Below are positions 1-11,635 of a stretch of 64,000 nt of DNA, piece by piece; the stretch's first letter is position 1, and every line of letters starts with the position of its first letter. Below the pieces are notes generated by a model. It saw only the letters and a program-made list of their open reading frames with translations. It was not told where the DNA came from and searched no databases. The DNA comes from Podarcis cretensis (taxonomy: Eukaryota): NCBI GenBank assembly GCA_951804945.1, contig OX638150.1, positions 74,896,001-74,960,000 on the forward strand. Reading direction: 5' to 3'. A program made the position numbers and the translations under genes.

Positions 1-2119
1 CAATATAACCCCCTGCATGTGATTGAAACACAACCTCCTTAAGCATTTAATCCCACTTATACCCTGATCCTTTGTTAGTGACCACAGGGACTCGTTCAGA
101 ACTAGCTTAGTTTGGACGTTTCTACAGTGAAGTCAATGGTGTAACAGCAGTGGGAGTCCATTTGGAATCTGGATCTATTGCTCATACAATCCTAGTAGTT
201 ATTTTTGCCCTGCCAGGGAATCCTGTTACGGCAAAGTCCGCTCTGTAGATTACTGTAGGCATTTTACAGCCCCTTTCAGATTTCTGCTATAAAGCAGTAG
301 GGCTGAATTTTTGAGGTGGAAAGGGTGGGTGTTTCACAGGAGGAGAAGGAACCTGAGGAGTCCTGCCTTATCTCTTGAGGGATGCAGGTTGGATAAAATT
401 TCAAAAAGGACATTAGAGAAAACTATGAAAGCATTGCTATTGAATTCTGGGGGAATGGTAATAAATAAACAGTCTTTTCTTTTTTTTCAAGGGATACATG
501 GCAACCCCAAGACCTCCACCCTATGAAGTTCACAGTCCATGCCTCTGTAAATATCACAAATAAAAAATCCTGAACCGAAATCACCTGTGAGTTATCTGAC
601 TCCGTCCAAAATCCCAAGCCTAAGGCTACAATCCTAAACATACTTACTGACTAAGGAGTAAATCCGATTGAGCCCACTGAGATCTACTTCTGGGTAAGCA
701 TGCTTAGGATTGTGCTGCACAAATGAAAAAGTGGCCTGATTTGGCTTTCGTTTTGATGCTTAGTTGCCCTTTAAAACGACTTTTCCCACCCCTTGAAAAT
801 TAGGGCAAAGGATGGTAAGCGCAGCAAACTAGATGGGAAATCCCAGCTCTGGCTGTTGCTGGGTTCTCAGAGGACGAGGAGAGCAAAGATGATACGGATT
901 GTATGAGCAACTGGCAGCTTGAAAAGGGAGCAGATGGCATGAGTGACAATATCTGCCAATGGAAGGGATCATCAGCCCACGCCTCTTATTAGTGCCTGAT
1001 CCATTGACAGCACTTCGGCTCCCAGGGCTCAGTGCAGCTCTCCATCAAAGCACCCAGATTACTTGGCAGAGGCTAGGAAGCATGAGGAGAGGGCTATATT
1101 TTATCCAGCTGAAGAAACAAGCAGGACATACTGTGTACCCTTCCCCCAAAGCCCCCATTGAGCATGCTGAAGCCTTGGGCCAGAAGCCACAAGGAACAGC
1201 TCCTGTTCACCATCATAAAGACACTAAACTCTTCTAGTCAATGTTTTTCTGCTTCACACATTACTGGTTGAGTGTTTGCAGGCGCAGGGGTCATTTCCAG
1301 ACTGTTGCTATTTTCGGATGGGATTCCGTCATGGAAATTCAGGTTGCACAATTAGAACTGATTTGGTGCTCTTGCGCAACACACATGTTACTTGCACCCC
1401 ACCCAAAAAATCAGTCTTTTGTGATAGGGAATGTGATGGGGGGAAATGCATCAGAAAATATGGGATAACAATTGCTTCATGCAACATTATATTATGTCCC
1501 CGGCAAATAAATCAGAATGAATGCTCAGTAAATAGCTGACATGGTACAATCTCCCCACAAACTGTGCAAACAAATCAGGACGAATGCTTACAAAAAAAAA
1601 AAGCAGTCATGGAAGACCAGTGTGATCATCCATCATATATACAGTATACCATAAAGAAATGCAATGCAACGCACACACACATTTACTCCATAAAGTATGG
1701 AGCAGTCCTTAGATATTCCTATGAGCTGATATAAAGCTAGAGTGACTAGAATACCCCCAAAGGAGTGACAGACTAGGATCCAAGCAATTCTTGCAGTATC
1801 ACCAAATATTAGGGTAATTACTGTTCAGATAGTAGCAGTATGCAGTGACATAGTACCATTTGTGTTACATTCACAGGAAGAATCCATAAGCACTGAATCA
1901 CAAAGGGATAGGGTGCAGATTCCTATATGTTGAAGGGAGCAATACCCTTTCAGATCACCACCATCATATGGACCCTTCTTTTGAGGCCAAACACTGCAAG
2001 ACTAGACACATTGAGGCCTACAGGAGATGGATGCACACATGCCACATTAATCCTAGCCTCGAAATCCAATATATCTAGCCCTCTTCCTTCATGGAGCTAT
2101 ACGGAAACCCTACAAGACT

Positions 2120-2240
2120 CTACCCAATACCTGCTAGATAGGGCTGGGAGACAACCCAGTCTAAAAGCCTGCCAGTCTGCGTGGACAATACTGAGCTAAG
2201 TGGAGCAATGGCCGGGCTTGGTACAAGGCAGCTTCTACTC
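2120..2240 (+). mobile_element. Degenerate SINE/LINE 3' fragment with CR1-type tail
   Basis: ctgccagtctgcgtggacaatactgagctaagtggagcaatgg...aaggcagcttc resembles the common squamate CR1-tailed repeat end. Confidence 0.45.
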
Positions 2241-2829
2241 CAAAGTCCTGCCCTGAATGTACCTCTGCCCTGTGAGAGAAAAGAGTGAGGTTCAAGGAGG
2301 GGAGAGGTGTATCCCTTTTATTTCTCAACCTCAAGTTGCTTTCAGATTGGGGTGCTGCTCATGCAGATGTTTTTCACAGCATCCGCACAACTCTATCATC
2401 ATCATCAAAACACCACCCTGTAGTTTTTAAACATTTGATTTGTATTTTCAGTAAGTAAAAAGAGCCTATTCTATACCCACTGCCTCTGCTGATGCAGAAA
2501 CTTAATAGTGCATTTCGGGGGTGGGTAGTTTTTGTCACGCATGTGCATTGATATTTGCATCTCCATCTCACACCTCTACTCTGCTTCATCCTCATCTAGG
2601 GCACAAGCTGGGCATTTTGTTTCCAGCATCCCAAACAATACAGGCATGCCTATTTCCTATTTCATGCTGAAGGCACGTACAAATTTTACAACCTAGGTCC
2701 AGAGGGACTCTTCTTTCAAGATCTCCACACTGTACATGCAGGGGTTTGCCTTGGAGAATGTAGTTGCAGGATATACCAATCAGGCTTTTAAAAAGACCTC
2801 TTTGTCACTCTTCTACAAGACAGGCAAAT

Positions 2830-3660
2830 TTACGAAATTAAATTTACACCCTACTCTTTCTCAGGGAGGCTTAAAGCATGAAAGTAAGACCAAGAGGGGT
2901 AAAACTTAAAATATTTAAAAACTGCAACTTTCACAGCCAGGTTTAAAATAGGAGCAGTTAAATTCCACAGTGCAACAAAGGTCTGACCAAATAAATGTTT
3001 TGGTCTTCTACAGTATCTAAAAATGGGGCAGAGGGCTAATTCTGCCTGGGAGTTTCATACATGGGGTTCTGCCACAGAAACGCCTTGTCCGGTGTCACTA
3101 CTCTTTGCCACCTTAGCCAACGGGACCTCCTGATCATAGCATGTAGCCAGCAGGCATTGAAAAAGGTGTTTCGTAAAGAACTTAGTTCCCAGACCACTTA
3201 GAACTTTGTACACATGTTCTGACCACTTGAGTTGGGACAGGTAGCTCATAGACAACCAGTAGTAGTAGTAGTTTGGATTTGATATCCCACTTTATCACTA
3301 CCTGAAGGAGTCTCAAAGCGGCTAACAATCTCCTTTCCCTTCCTCCCCCACAACAAACACTCTGAGTGAGGTGAGTGAGGCTGAGAGACTTCAAGAAGTG
3401 TGACTAGCCCAAGGTCTCTGAGCAGCTGCATGTGGAGGAGCGGAAACGCGAACCCGGTTCACCAGATTACGAGTCTACCACTCTTAACCACTACACCACA
3501 CTGGCTCACACACAGTGCAGTGCCTTGAGGATCAGAGTGATATGAACCCCTCTCACTGCTCCAAATAACAAACAGGAAGCAGCATTCTGGACTGGATGCA
3601 GCTTCTGGGTCATCTTCAAAGTGGCTGCATGTAATGCACATTACCGTGATCTATACAGGG
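2830..3660 (-). mobile_element. Old L2 LINE 3' fragment interrupted by a SINE
   Basis: Degenerate L2 3' motifs (gggagtttcatacatggggttctgccacagaaacgcc; gcagcattctggactggatgcagcttc) on both sides of the 3258..3507 SINE. Confidence 0.5.
3258..3507 (-). mobile_element. tRNA-derived SINE (Squam3-like)
   Basis: Reverse complement has A/B-box head (TGGTGTAGTGGTT...GGTTCGCG), a body shared with 17828..18082, and an (ACT)n tail. Confidence 0.85.
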
Positions 3661-4265
3661 TTACTCTACCATGTCTCACTCTAGAGCAAGACCCCCAGCG
3701 TATTAACCTATAAAATTATCAACTTCAAGTTTTGGCGGGGGGGGGGGGTTGCCCTTCCTGAAACATAATAAGGCAGCAAAAGATCATTTAAAATACAGCT
3801 TCTGAGCCAATTCTACCTCTAAGCCCTATTAAGGCCTTGGGCTGAAAATGCTGAGCCCAACACTTTCTATCCATAATCCTTCAAGTAAGAGAAACCTCTG
3901 AATAAAACAGCTGTCTTCTCAAAAGCTCACACTGAGCGTTTTGTAAGAGTTATAAATGTTGGCTTTTATAACTAATGCTGAAAGTCAAAAGGATACCAGC
4001 TCTCTCTTGTCCTGGTGCTCCCTTCTAAATGGATTCTGGAGGAAGAAAACGAAGCCCCCTTTGTAATCTGATATCTGAAGCAAGTGGTTCATTCATGTGG
4101 TTTTGTGGTAAAGAGGAGTCTGCAGTACGGCTAGACTGGATCTTGGTATACTGCAACTTCATTTGTTATTTCATTCTGCAACCCTGAGAAAACTCCTCCC
4201 AGTTTCACTACATCATCCACCTTTGACTAGGGGTGCATGGGGTGTTAGGGGAGGGGTAATATGGT

Positions 4266-4960
4266 GGGGGACACGTTGTGCTCCTTCTGGAGTAGTTTGT
4301 CCACCTTTGGTCCCCACACCCTGCACTCAGCTCTCACCTGTGACTCCTGGAAGCTGTCAGCATGAGACAGTGGCCACACCCTGGGAATGGCTCCGACTGA
4401 CTGGCTAAACCAGATGAGGGTATCTGACAGCTCTCAAACCCTCAGTGAGTTAGGGGCTTTCTCTGAATGTGAATACAGGCTCCAGAAGATGAAGTGGACA
4501 AGACTAATAGTGGATCCAACAGTCAAGAAGGTGGTATCTGCATATGTGGTAGAGGGAAGTGAGGGGCAGGTGGCGCTTGTCTACCTGGGAAGGTGGCCCA
4601 TCTAGGAGAAGGAAAACTCTGCTGCATTGTGGGATATCTTCAGGAGAAGTAAAGGCTAAGGAGTAAACCGTACACGTATCCTCAAGACAGTTGGATGGCA
4701 CCTTGCACGCCTCCTTCCAGCAACTCCTGCAGCCAAGCTGATGCCAAAAGTATTGCTTTCCTTTCCTTTGGACCACATCAGTGAGGCCGAGGTGGGGGGT
4801 GGAGGTGGCCTTGTTGTCTGGACAGCCCAGGACCTCCACACATACTTCCCAGGCTGTGCCATGGGTAGGTCACTTTGGTGCTGCCAACGCAGTGGTTTGG
4901 CTTTGCCCCCGGAAGAACAATCCATTGTCTCTCGAGACAGATGGATGCCAGTAACAACCG
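4266..4960 (+). mobile_element. ~700-bp interspersed repeat, RTE-clade LINE 5'-region-like (copy 1)
   Basis: Colinear with 35480..36148 over its whole length; contains ggaaggtggcccatctaggagaaggaaaactct, recalled from RTE 5' regions. Confidence 0.55.
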
Positions 4961-5693
4961 CTAATGCGTATATCTATCTTCAAAGTGCCACCACACATTC
5001 AGCTAACTGTAAGGACCTTCTTCTCCATTGTACAGAAGGAGAAACTGAAACACAGAGGTGAAACCGTTGGGTGGTCTATTATCATGGCGGAAGAACCGTG
5101 ATTAACATTTAGCAGCATGTTACCCCCAGCCAATCCTTTGCTATTTTAAAAGACATTTTGCAGCAAAATCCTGTGCATGTGCGCTCAGGAAGAAGTCCCT
5201 CTGCTTTCAGTGAGTGAGGTCATAGGACTGCAGTCTTACAAAAGCTTTCAGCCCTAAAGGGGGACTCAAACATGAATCCAGTCACCCATTGGAAGGAATT
5301 AAAAATAGAACTCTTTAGGGCTGCAGTAGCTTACCACTCTGAAAATAGATATCAGCAGCTCGACTTTTTAATTTTTCTTTTATCACATGGTAATGGCGGC
5401 TATAGATCTTTGGATTTAGTTTTATTCCCACCATGGGATAAAAAGACAATAAATCTCAAAGCGCTTGGTGCCTTATGTCATCTCCTCAATAATGCATGTA
5501 TGGTTCCCCCCTCCCTCTTGAGGTGTCTATGTTACGGACGGTATCTTAGCTTTGTACAAAGCCACTCTAAGATCTCTCCTTCCATCTCTTACAATCGCAT
5601 CCAGAGTGCACAAAGAATAACATAGTTTTAATAAGCCTCCAGTGGAAGCTTGCTTGCGTGGGTAGCTTTCTCATTAATCCTCCCTCAACTCAC

Positions 5694-5750
5694 CCCCTCG
5701 CATGAGAGGGATCTCTTACTGGAGCATAAGAACAATTCCTGGTGTGTTCC
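5694..5750 (-). other. Candidate 57-nt internal 5'UTR exon of the leftward gene
   Basis: Polypyrimidine acceptor ctctcctcctcttcaccattcag| and donor GGG|GTGAGT bracket 57 nt on the minus strand. Confidence 0.35.
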
Positions 5751-7499
5751 CTGAATGGTGAAGAGGAGGAGAGTGGAAGCCCTTAGAAAGATGACCTCAT
5801 AGCTGCTCTGAATATTGATGCGTAGCTCCCAAACTGAATGAGCAGGGCAGAGTTGGAGGATGTGTGGACTTAAAAGGACAAAGGGGCAAATGTCTGAGGA
5901 CAAACAGGGAATTTGGATAATTCAGATGGAGCTGTAAAAGCACCAGAGCAGGAGGAGGATTTCCTTGGAACAGGGCTGTTACTGTAGAGAATGCCCTGCA
6001 GCTTTCCCTAAGAGAAGCCCATATGGAAGAGGCTGTTGGTCACGTGACGAAGAGGGCTGCCTGGAAAGTTTTCTCCTGAATTAGGAGGCAGAATGAAGGA
6101 AGCTGCTCTATTCCCAAAAGACAGGGTTCCTAATTAAAAATAACATTTCAGCAGTTCATCAACTGCTGTAGAAGATCTGCTGGGCAATTCTGCTTTTAAA
6201 TTAAGGATACGCCTTTGGGGGAAATCATTCCTGTTAGGAAGAAGGTTTCGCTTTGCAACATGGTGGTGGAGTTGATGGAGGCATCATTATATGCTTTCTC
6301 TGTTGCCTGGAGAAGGCCCATTCTAGCATAAAGTGACAGGGTTATGGTAGATCTATTCCTTCTGAACAGCCAGGAATAATATTTTACCTCCATCACCTCC
6401 TTCTGGCCCTGCTTTTTAGGGTCCTTCAGCTGGACAAAGGCAAAAACAACAGGCCATTTTGGCCCCACAGCTCTATTAGCTTCTCTTGCACCTTAAAACG
6501 TATCTAGGTTAGGATGACTTACACAATGATTCTTAACATGTTTACTTGGAAGTAAGCCCTGTATGCAGACTGAATATCCTTAGAACCTTAAAATTCTTCT
6601 GTGGCAGCCACATACATTCCCCCACATACAGATGGAGCAATTACAGTATTGCACCGCAAAACTTGCCCCAAAAGAGCCTAGTACTGCCACAGCAGTCATG
6701 TGCAGACCATTTCACCAAGTAAGAAAAAGTGTTCTGCATAGCCAGAGATGGAATGAGTAAATGTTGGCCAGCTGAGACAACATCCCTCGCCCTTGACTGC
6801 CCCGGGGCCATCTTTTGTCATTATTTTTGAATATTGTACCTACGTGAGGTTCTGGTCTGTATAAAGTGGCCAGAAATGACTGGGAGGGGACTGGCATTCG
6901 GTAGAGGTTGGGAACAAAAGGATGTGCATTGTAAAGAACGAATGCAATCTGCTGCCAAACTCAGGGGCGGTCTGGGGGGCGGGCAGGTGCTGGAAATGGA
7001 GGCTGTGTCACAAATGGAATGAGCTGGGCAGAGATTCATCACCCAACACGTCCCCAGGGATCTTACCACAATAGTAAGCTGAGCTCAGAAGTAGGCCATG
7101 CCAGTTTGGAGATGCAAGGGGGTGGGGGGATGAATGGGGTACAATAGGAACAGAGGGTGGCGGGTGATCAGAGAGAGAGACGCAGAAAGAAGTGTGGAGA
7201 GCCAGAACTGGGGAAAGGTGTGTTAAGTTGGCTTGAGGGCGCGCTTAGATTCGCTACTAGAAGGGTGCGTGGGGGGGGGGTGCAGGGAAGACGCATAAGA
7301 TCAGAAGGTTTGGAACGAACAAACACCTGAATTTTTAAAGGAATGCATACAGGAGAAACAAATGGCACGAGGCAGGTGCTAAAGGTCAGAATAGAGCTGA
7401 GAAGAAGCGGCATGAGGAGGATCGCGGGGGGGGGCAGGGGTGCCCAGTAAGTGCTTGAGGCCGTTTGTAGGGTCTGGAGCTGGGAACGAAGTTTAGGGG

Positions 7500-8950
7500 G
7501 AGGGGGAACAAGCGTGCCCGATCTCCTCTTCGTCGTCAGCAAGGACACGCTGCTTCTTCTATCCTCGGGAGTTGCAATACATCCCCCTTCCTCCGCTGTC
7601 CCCTCAATAACTTGTCTTCAACCGCGAGAGGCAACCGCAGGATCGCTCTCAGCCGCAGAAAGCGAGCGCCGAAGTTCAGGAGAGGCCTCGGGTGTCAAAT
7701 TATGCCCGCCTGGTGGGTTTACAAATCTTCGCGGTTCCGGGAAGAAATGAACTCTCCCCGGCCCAGAGGCGGCTTTGGCTTTTTGGCCACGCGGGGCTTG
7801 GAGTGCGCGGGACTGGCGAGGCATCCCGAGGCGGCGCGCAAGCTCCCAGGAGGCATCGCCAGCGCTTTCCCTCGGCGCGCCTGCTCTGCGCTCCGCGGCA
7901 GCATCCCTTGCTCGTCGCTCCTTCGGCAAGTCGCTTTCGCGGAGGCGCATGGTCCAAATAGACGGCGGGCAAAACTTCGCTCCGCTCCCTTGCCCGGGAT
8001 TCCCGCCGCTGACGGAGCGGCGCGCTCCCCCCCCCCCCCCGCCGGTTGCCAGCCTCGCGGCGCATCTTGCTGCAAAGTTGATCTCGGCTTGTAGGGAATT
8101 TGGGGCGGGTGGGAAGGTGCTCTATGGAGTCCCTGATGCCCTCCCCGTGGCGGGGAGTCCTTCAGCGACCGTCCCCGCGCAACTCCCCCAAAGTTGGGTA
8201 CTGGGCCAGACCCGCGCGAGCGTTCACACGCCTCGATTCCGCCTTTTTACTTACCTTCGGGGTCTGTCCAGGGGGGTCCTTGCCGTGCCTCCTCCTAGTC
8301 CCACATTGTCACCCGGAGAAGCGTCTGTGACAACTGGGAGTGACATCAGCCCGGAACAATGAAATCAAAGGCTTGACAGGCGAGGGAGGCCGAAGCCTCG
8401 GGACTCTTTTGCCTCCCCCTGCAATCCCGCCCAGCCTCCCTCGGCCCCTCCTTTGCTCGCCGGCTCCCTCCAGGATCCAATTACAGCGGATAAAGGAGAC
8501 ACTAAAGGAACAATGCACACTGGGTAAGACCATCTGCCAAGGACAGGGACATTCCACGCCCCCCCCTCCCGGCAACGCAGATCGCTCGCCCTCTTTTGTA
8601 TTTGGCATTCATTTCCCGGAAAGCGACCCGCCGCGGGCCCGGGCCGCCTGGGGTCCCGCCATCGAGGGCAGGGTGGAGCTGGAGGCTGGCCTCCTCGGTT
8701 CGGGCTGCAGGACTTGCACTGCTTCGTTTCACGCTGCTTTGCGCTCGCCTTCCCTTGATTTGTTTACTCGAAATCCAGGTGGCCGCCTTTGCCTGCTTGT
8801 TGTCTGCCCAGAAGCCTGCCTGATTTCTTTTGATCATGCACTTTGAGTGGTTCAGAGATCTTGCCCCTGCTGCCCCACTCAGTGGGCTCTCTCTCAGGTC
8901 ACTGGGCGCTTGCTGCGAATTAATTGTGGGCGCCGCGCAATTCTTTTAAC
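7500..8950. promoter_or_regulatory. CpG island; probable promoter of a leftward gene (PCBP4 by synteny)
   Basis: Dense CpG/GC-rich tract in otherwise CpG-depleted DNA. In amniotes PCBP4 lies immediately downstream of ABHD14B on the same (-) strand; the gene identity is an inference from synteny only. Confidence 0.75.
8255..8500 (-). other. PCBP4: Putative non-coding first exon (likely PCBP4); 5' boundary approximate
   Basis: Consensus minus-strand donor GAAG|GTAAGT (plus 'acttaccttc', GT at 8254-8253) inside the CpG island. No PCBP4 KH-domain coding exon was seen in 1..8250, so the CDS is presumably left of the window. Confidence 0.45.
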
Positions 8951-9982
8951 TCAAGAGGAGGCCAATTGTTGGAAAGTGAAAGAGCCCCTGGTTATCCACG
9001 GGTCACTCTCAGTGCATTTAAACTTACGTAGTTCATTCATTGGATTTCCTCACTGATTGAGTACACAGTTCTGAGGCTGGCGGAGACTGAAATAATTTGC
9101 AAAGAAAACCCTATGTTTTCCCCAGGGATTCGGGTTATTGCAATGAGCCTCTCCTTTCCCCAGTTCCGTTGCATCAACTTCATTAAAGCTGAGCACAATA
9201 ACTTGTCATTAATGTCAGCAGAGAGGAGAAACGCCCTGGTGCATCTGCAGCAGCACAACTGGACACCTTGATTTGCCCCAACTGCAACAAGACACATCTC
9301 CCACATTGGTCTCTACAGCCACAGCAGACGCTGCAACCTTCCAACAGCTTGACCTCACCCCCAAAGGCACATTCCTTCACCTACTCTGAGACAGACAGGT
9401 GCCAACAACATTATTATTTGGGTACTCTTGATATCTGTGTTCTATGCACACAGTATCTTCCCCCATCATGGTTCAGGAGGATTTGAGGTACTTGATTATT
9501 ACAGTAACAGGGACCCTTTCTTAGCTAAATTTGTCATTGTCCAGCCAGCAGAGTGGGCCTTGTAATTCAACTACCTGTTTGCAACAGAGAATAGGAGAGG
9601 ACTGAGAATTTACAATGGAAATAAGGAAGTGAACTCATTAGCCTCCCATAACAGCATCCTGCTTGCCATCCTGTAGTCATGCAGCTACTGTTTAAGTGTA
9701 TGTGTCCAGTTTAGCTTAATATAGAGTTGTTGGTGTCAGAAAAATAAAGGCATATAGAGCTGATTCGCATGTGCAGGTTAATCAGCTGGTGGCTGCAGTG
9801 TCATCATGATGACACCCATGTGTGAATGAACCATCCATCGTGGTCTTCCAAGCACCACAAGCATGTCAGTGATCAGTCCCAAGCCCTATACAAGGCAAGT
9901 TGTTGGTGTTAATGTGTATGGCTCCCATTTACTCATGCAAATAAATCTGTGAATGTGTGCATGCATGCACACACACAGGCAC

Positions 9983-10360
9983 TAAGGTAAAAGATAAAGG
10001 ACCCCTGGATGGTTAAGTCCAGCCAAAGGTGACTATGGGATGCTGTGCTCATCTTGCTTCAGGCTGAGAGAGCCACTGTTTGTCCACAGAAAGCTTTCCG
10101 GGTCATGTGGCCAGCATGACTAAACCACTACTGGCGCAACAGGACACTGTGATGGAAGCCAGAGCGCACGGAAACGCCGTTTACCTTTCCGCCACAGTGG
10201 TACCTATTTATCTACTTGCACTGGTACACTTTTGAACTGCTAGGTTAGCAGAAGATGGGGCAGAACAACGGGAGCTTACCCTGCTGTGCAGATTCAAACC
10301 GCCGACCTTATGACCGGCAAGCCCAAGAGGCTCAGTGGTTTAGAACACAGTGCTACCCAT
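9983..10360 (-). mobile_element. Sauria SINE, older diverged copy
   Basis: Reverse complement shows the tRNA-like head, the ggaaacgccgtttacc...tatttatctacttgca core and a degenerate (ACCTTT)n tail. Confidence 0.85.
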
Positions 10361-11270
10361 ACTGAACCTTTGCAATCTATACAACATTGTCCTATAAGAA
10401 AAGAGAAGGTACGTTGCAGAAAGGGACTTTCAGAGCACCTAGGTTTACTCACTGAAGCACATCTTTCAAGAGGGGAAAGACAATACCCAAGAGGGTCAGT
10501 TCCCAGTCTGACTTGGACAAAAATTCTTTCTCACCCCATATACTGGAGCCAGAAATAGGGAGTGTAAGTGTAGAAAGAAAGAAAAGAAACCATATCTCTA
10601 TGATGCCACCCAACACACTTGAATTCTCACCTTATGGAAATACTTGATGACCGAAGGACTGTAGTTGGGTGGAAGAGAACTGCTACAAATTCAAAAGGGG
10701 AGGGGAAAACCCCTCCCTGGCCCTATTTGTCCACAACAGAATAGAAACTGAAGCATGGGATGAAGAATGCCGTTTCTATCATCTAACAATTGCCAGCATA
10801 GCCTTGGCAGAGGAATGTGACACTCGTGTGGGATGAGAGAGAAAAGCTGCACAGTAATGTGATCTGCTGCTGCTGGCTACCCAAAGAGAGGAGTTGGGTG
10901 CAACTAACCACACAACAGGTTGTGTGTGCACTTCACCACAACTGCTTCAGAGATGGTGGGGTGGGGAGAGTGAGCCTGTCGTTGTACACCCCATGACAAC
11001 ATTTAAGGCTTAGTGCCAAGCATCTATCTGTCAGGAGTAGAAATGTGCCAGCCCTGAACCTACTGTAAGGTAGGACTGTGGATTACGGAAGCATTGCCTT
11101 GTGTTGATGATGGAGCCAAGCCAGCATTGCACAGAGACACCCCGTGCTTGTGGACAGGGCATAGATGGATGGGTAAGTAACAGGAGCTTCTTGGAAGCTG
11201 AGAAGGGAAGGGAGAAAGTGTGGGCCTAGGGCCATGGATGGGAAAGGCAGATTTATTAACATTCTCTCTA

Positions 11271-11635
11271 AAGGTAAAGGTACCCCTGCCCATACGGGCC
11301 AGTCTTGACAGACTCTGGGGTTGTGCGCCCATCTCACTCAAGAGGCCAGGGGCCAGCGCTGTCCGGAGACACTTCCGGGTCACGTGGCCAGCGTGACATC
11401 GCTGCTCTGGCCAGAGCCAGAGCCAGAGCCGCACACGGAAACGCCGTTTACCTTCCCGCTGGTAAGCGGTCCCTATTTATCTACTTGCACCCGGAGGTGC
11501 TTTCGAACTGCTAGCTTGGCAGGCGCTGGGACCGAGCAGCGGGAGCGCACCCCGCCGCAGGGATTCGAACCGCCGACCTTTCGATTGGCAAGTCCTAGGC
11601 GCTGAGGCTTTAACCCACAGCGCCACCTGCGTCCC
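11271..11635 (-). mobile_element. Sauria SINE, young subfamily
   Basis: Full length with (ACCTTT)n tail; near-identical to the copies at 19346, 26968 and 60597; TSD cattctctcta (11260-11270 / 11635-11645). Confidence 0.95.

Noticed and set aside
1-7000. Search for PCBP4 KH-domain coding exons
   Set aside because: No GxxG KH-type sequence was found in the ORF track or by eye; treated as intron or 5'UTR region.
7168-8846. Many overlapping 100-195 aa ORFs
   Set aside because: Pro/Arg/Gly/Ala-rich translations on both strands of a CpG island; expected from GC content, with no recognisable domain.
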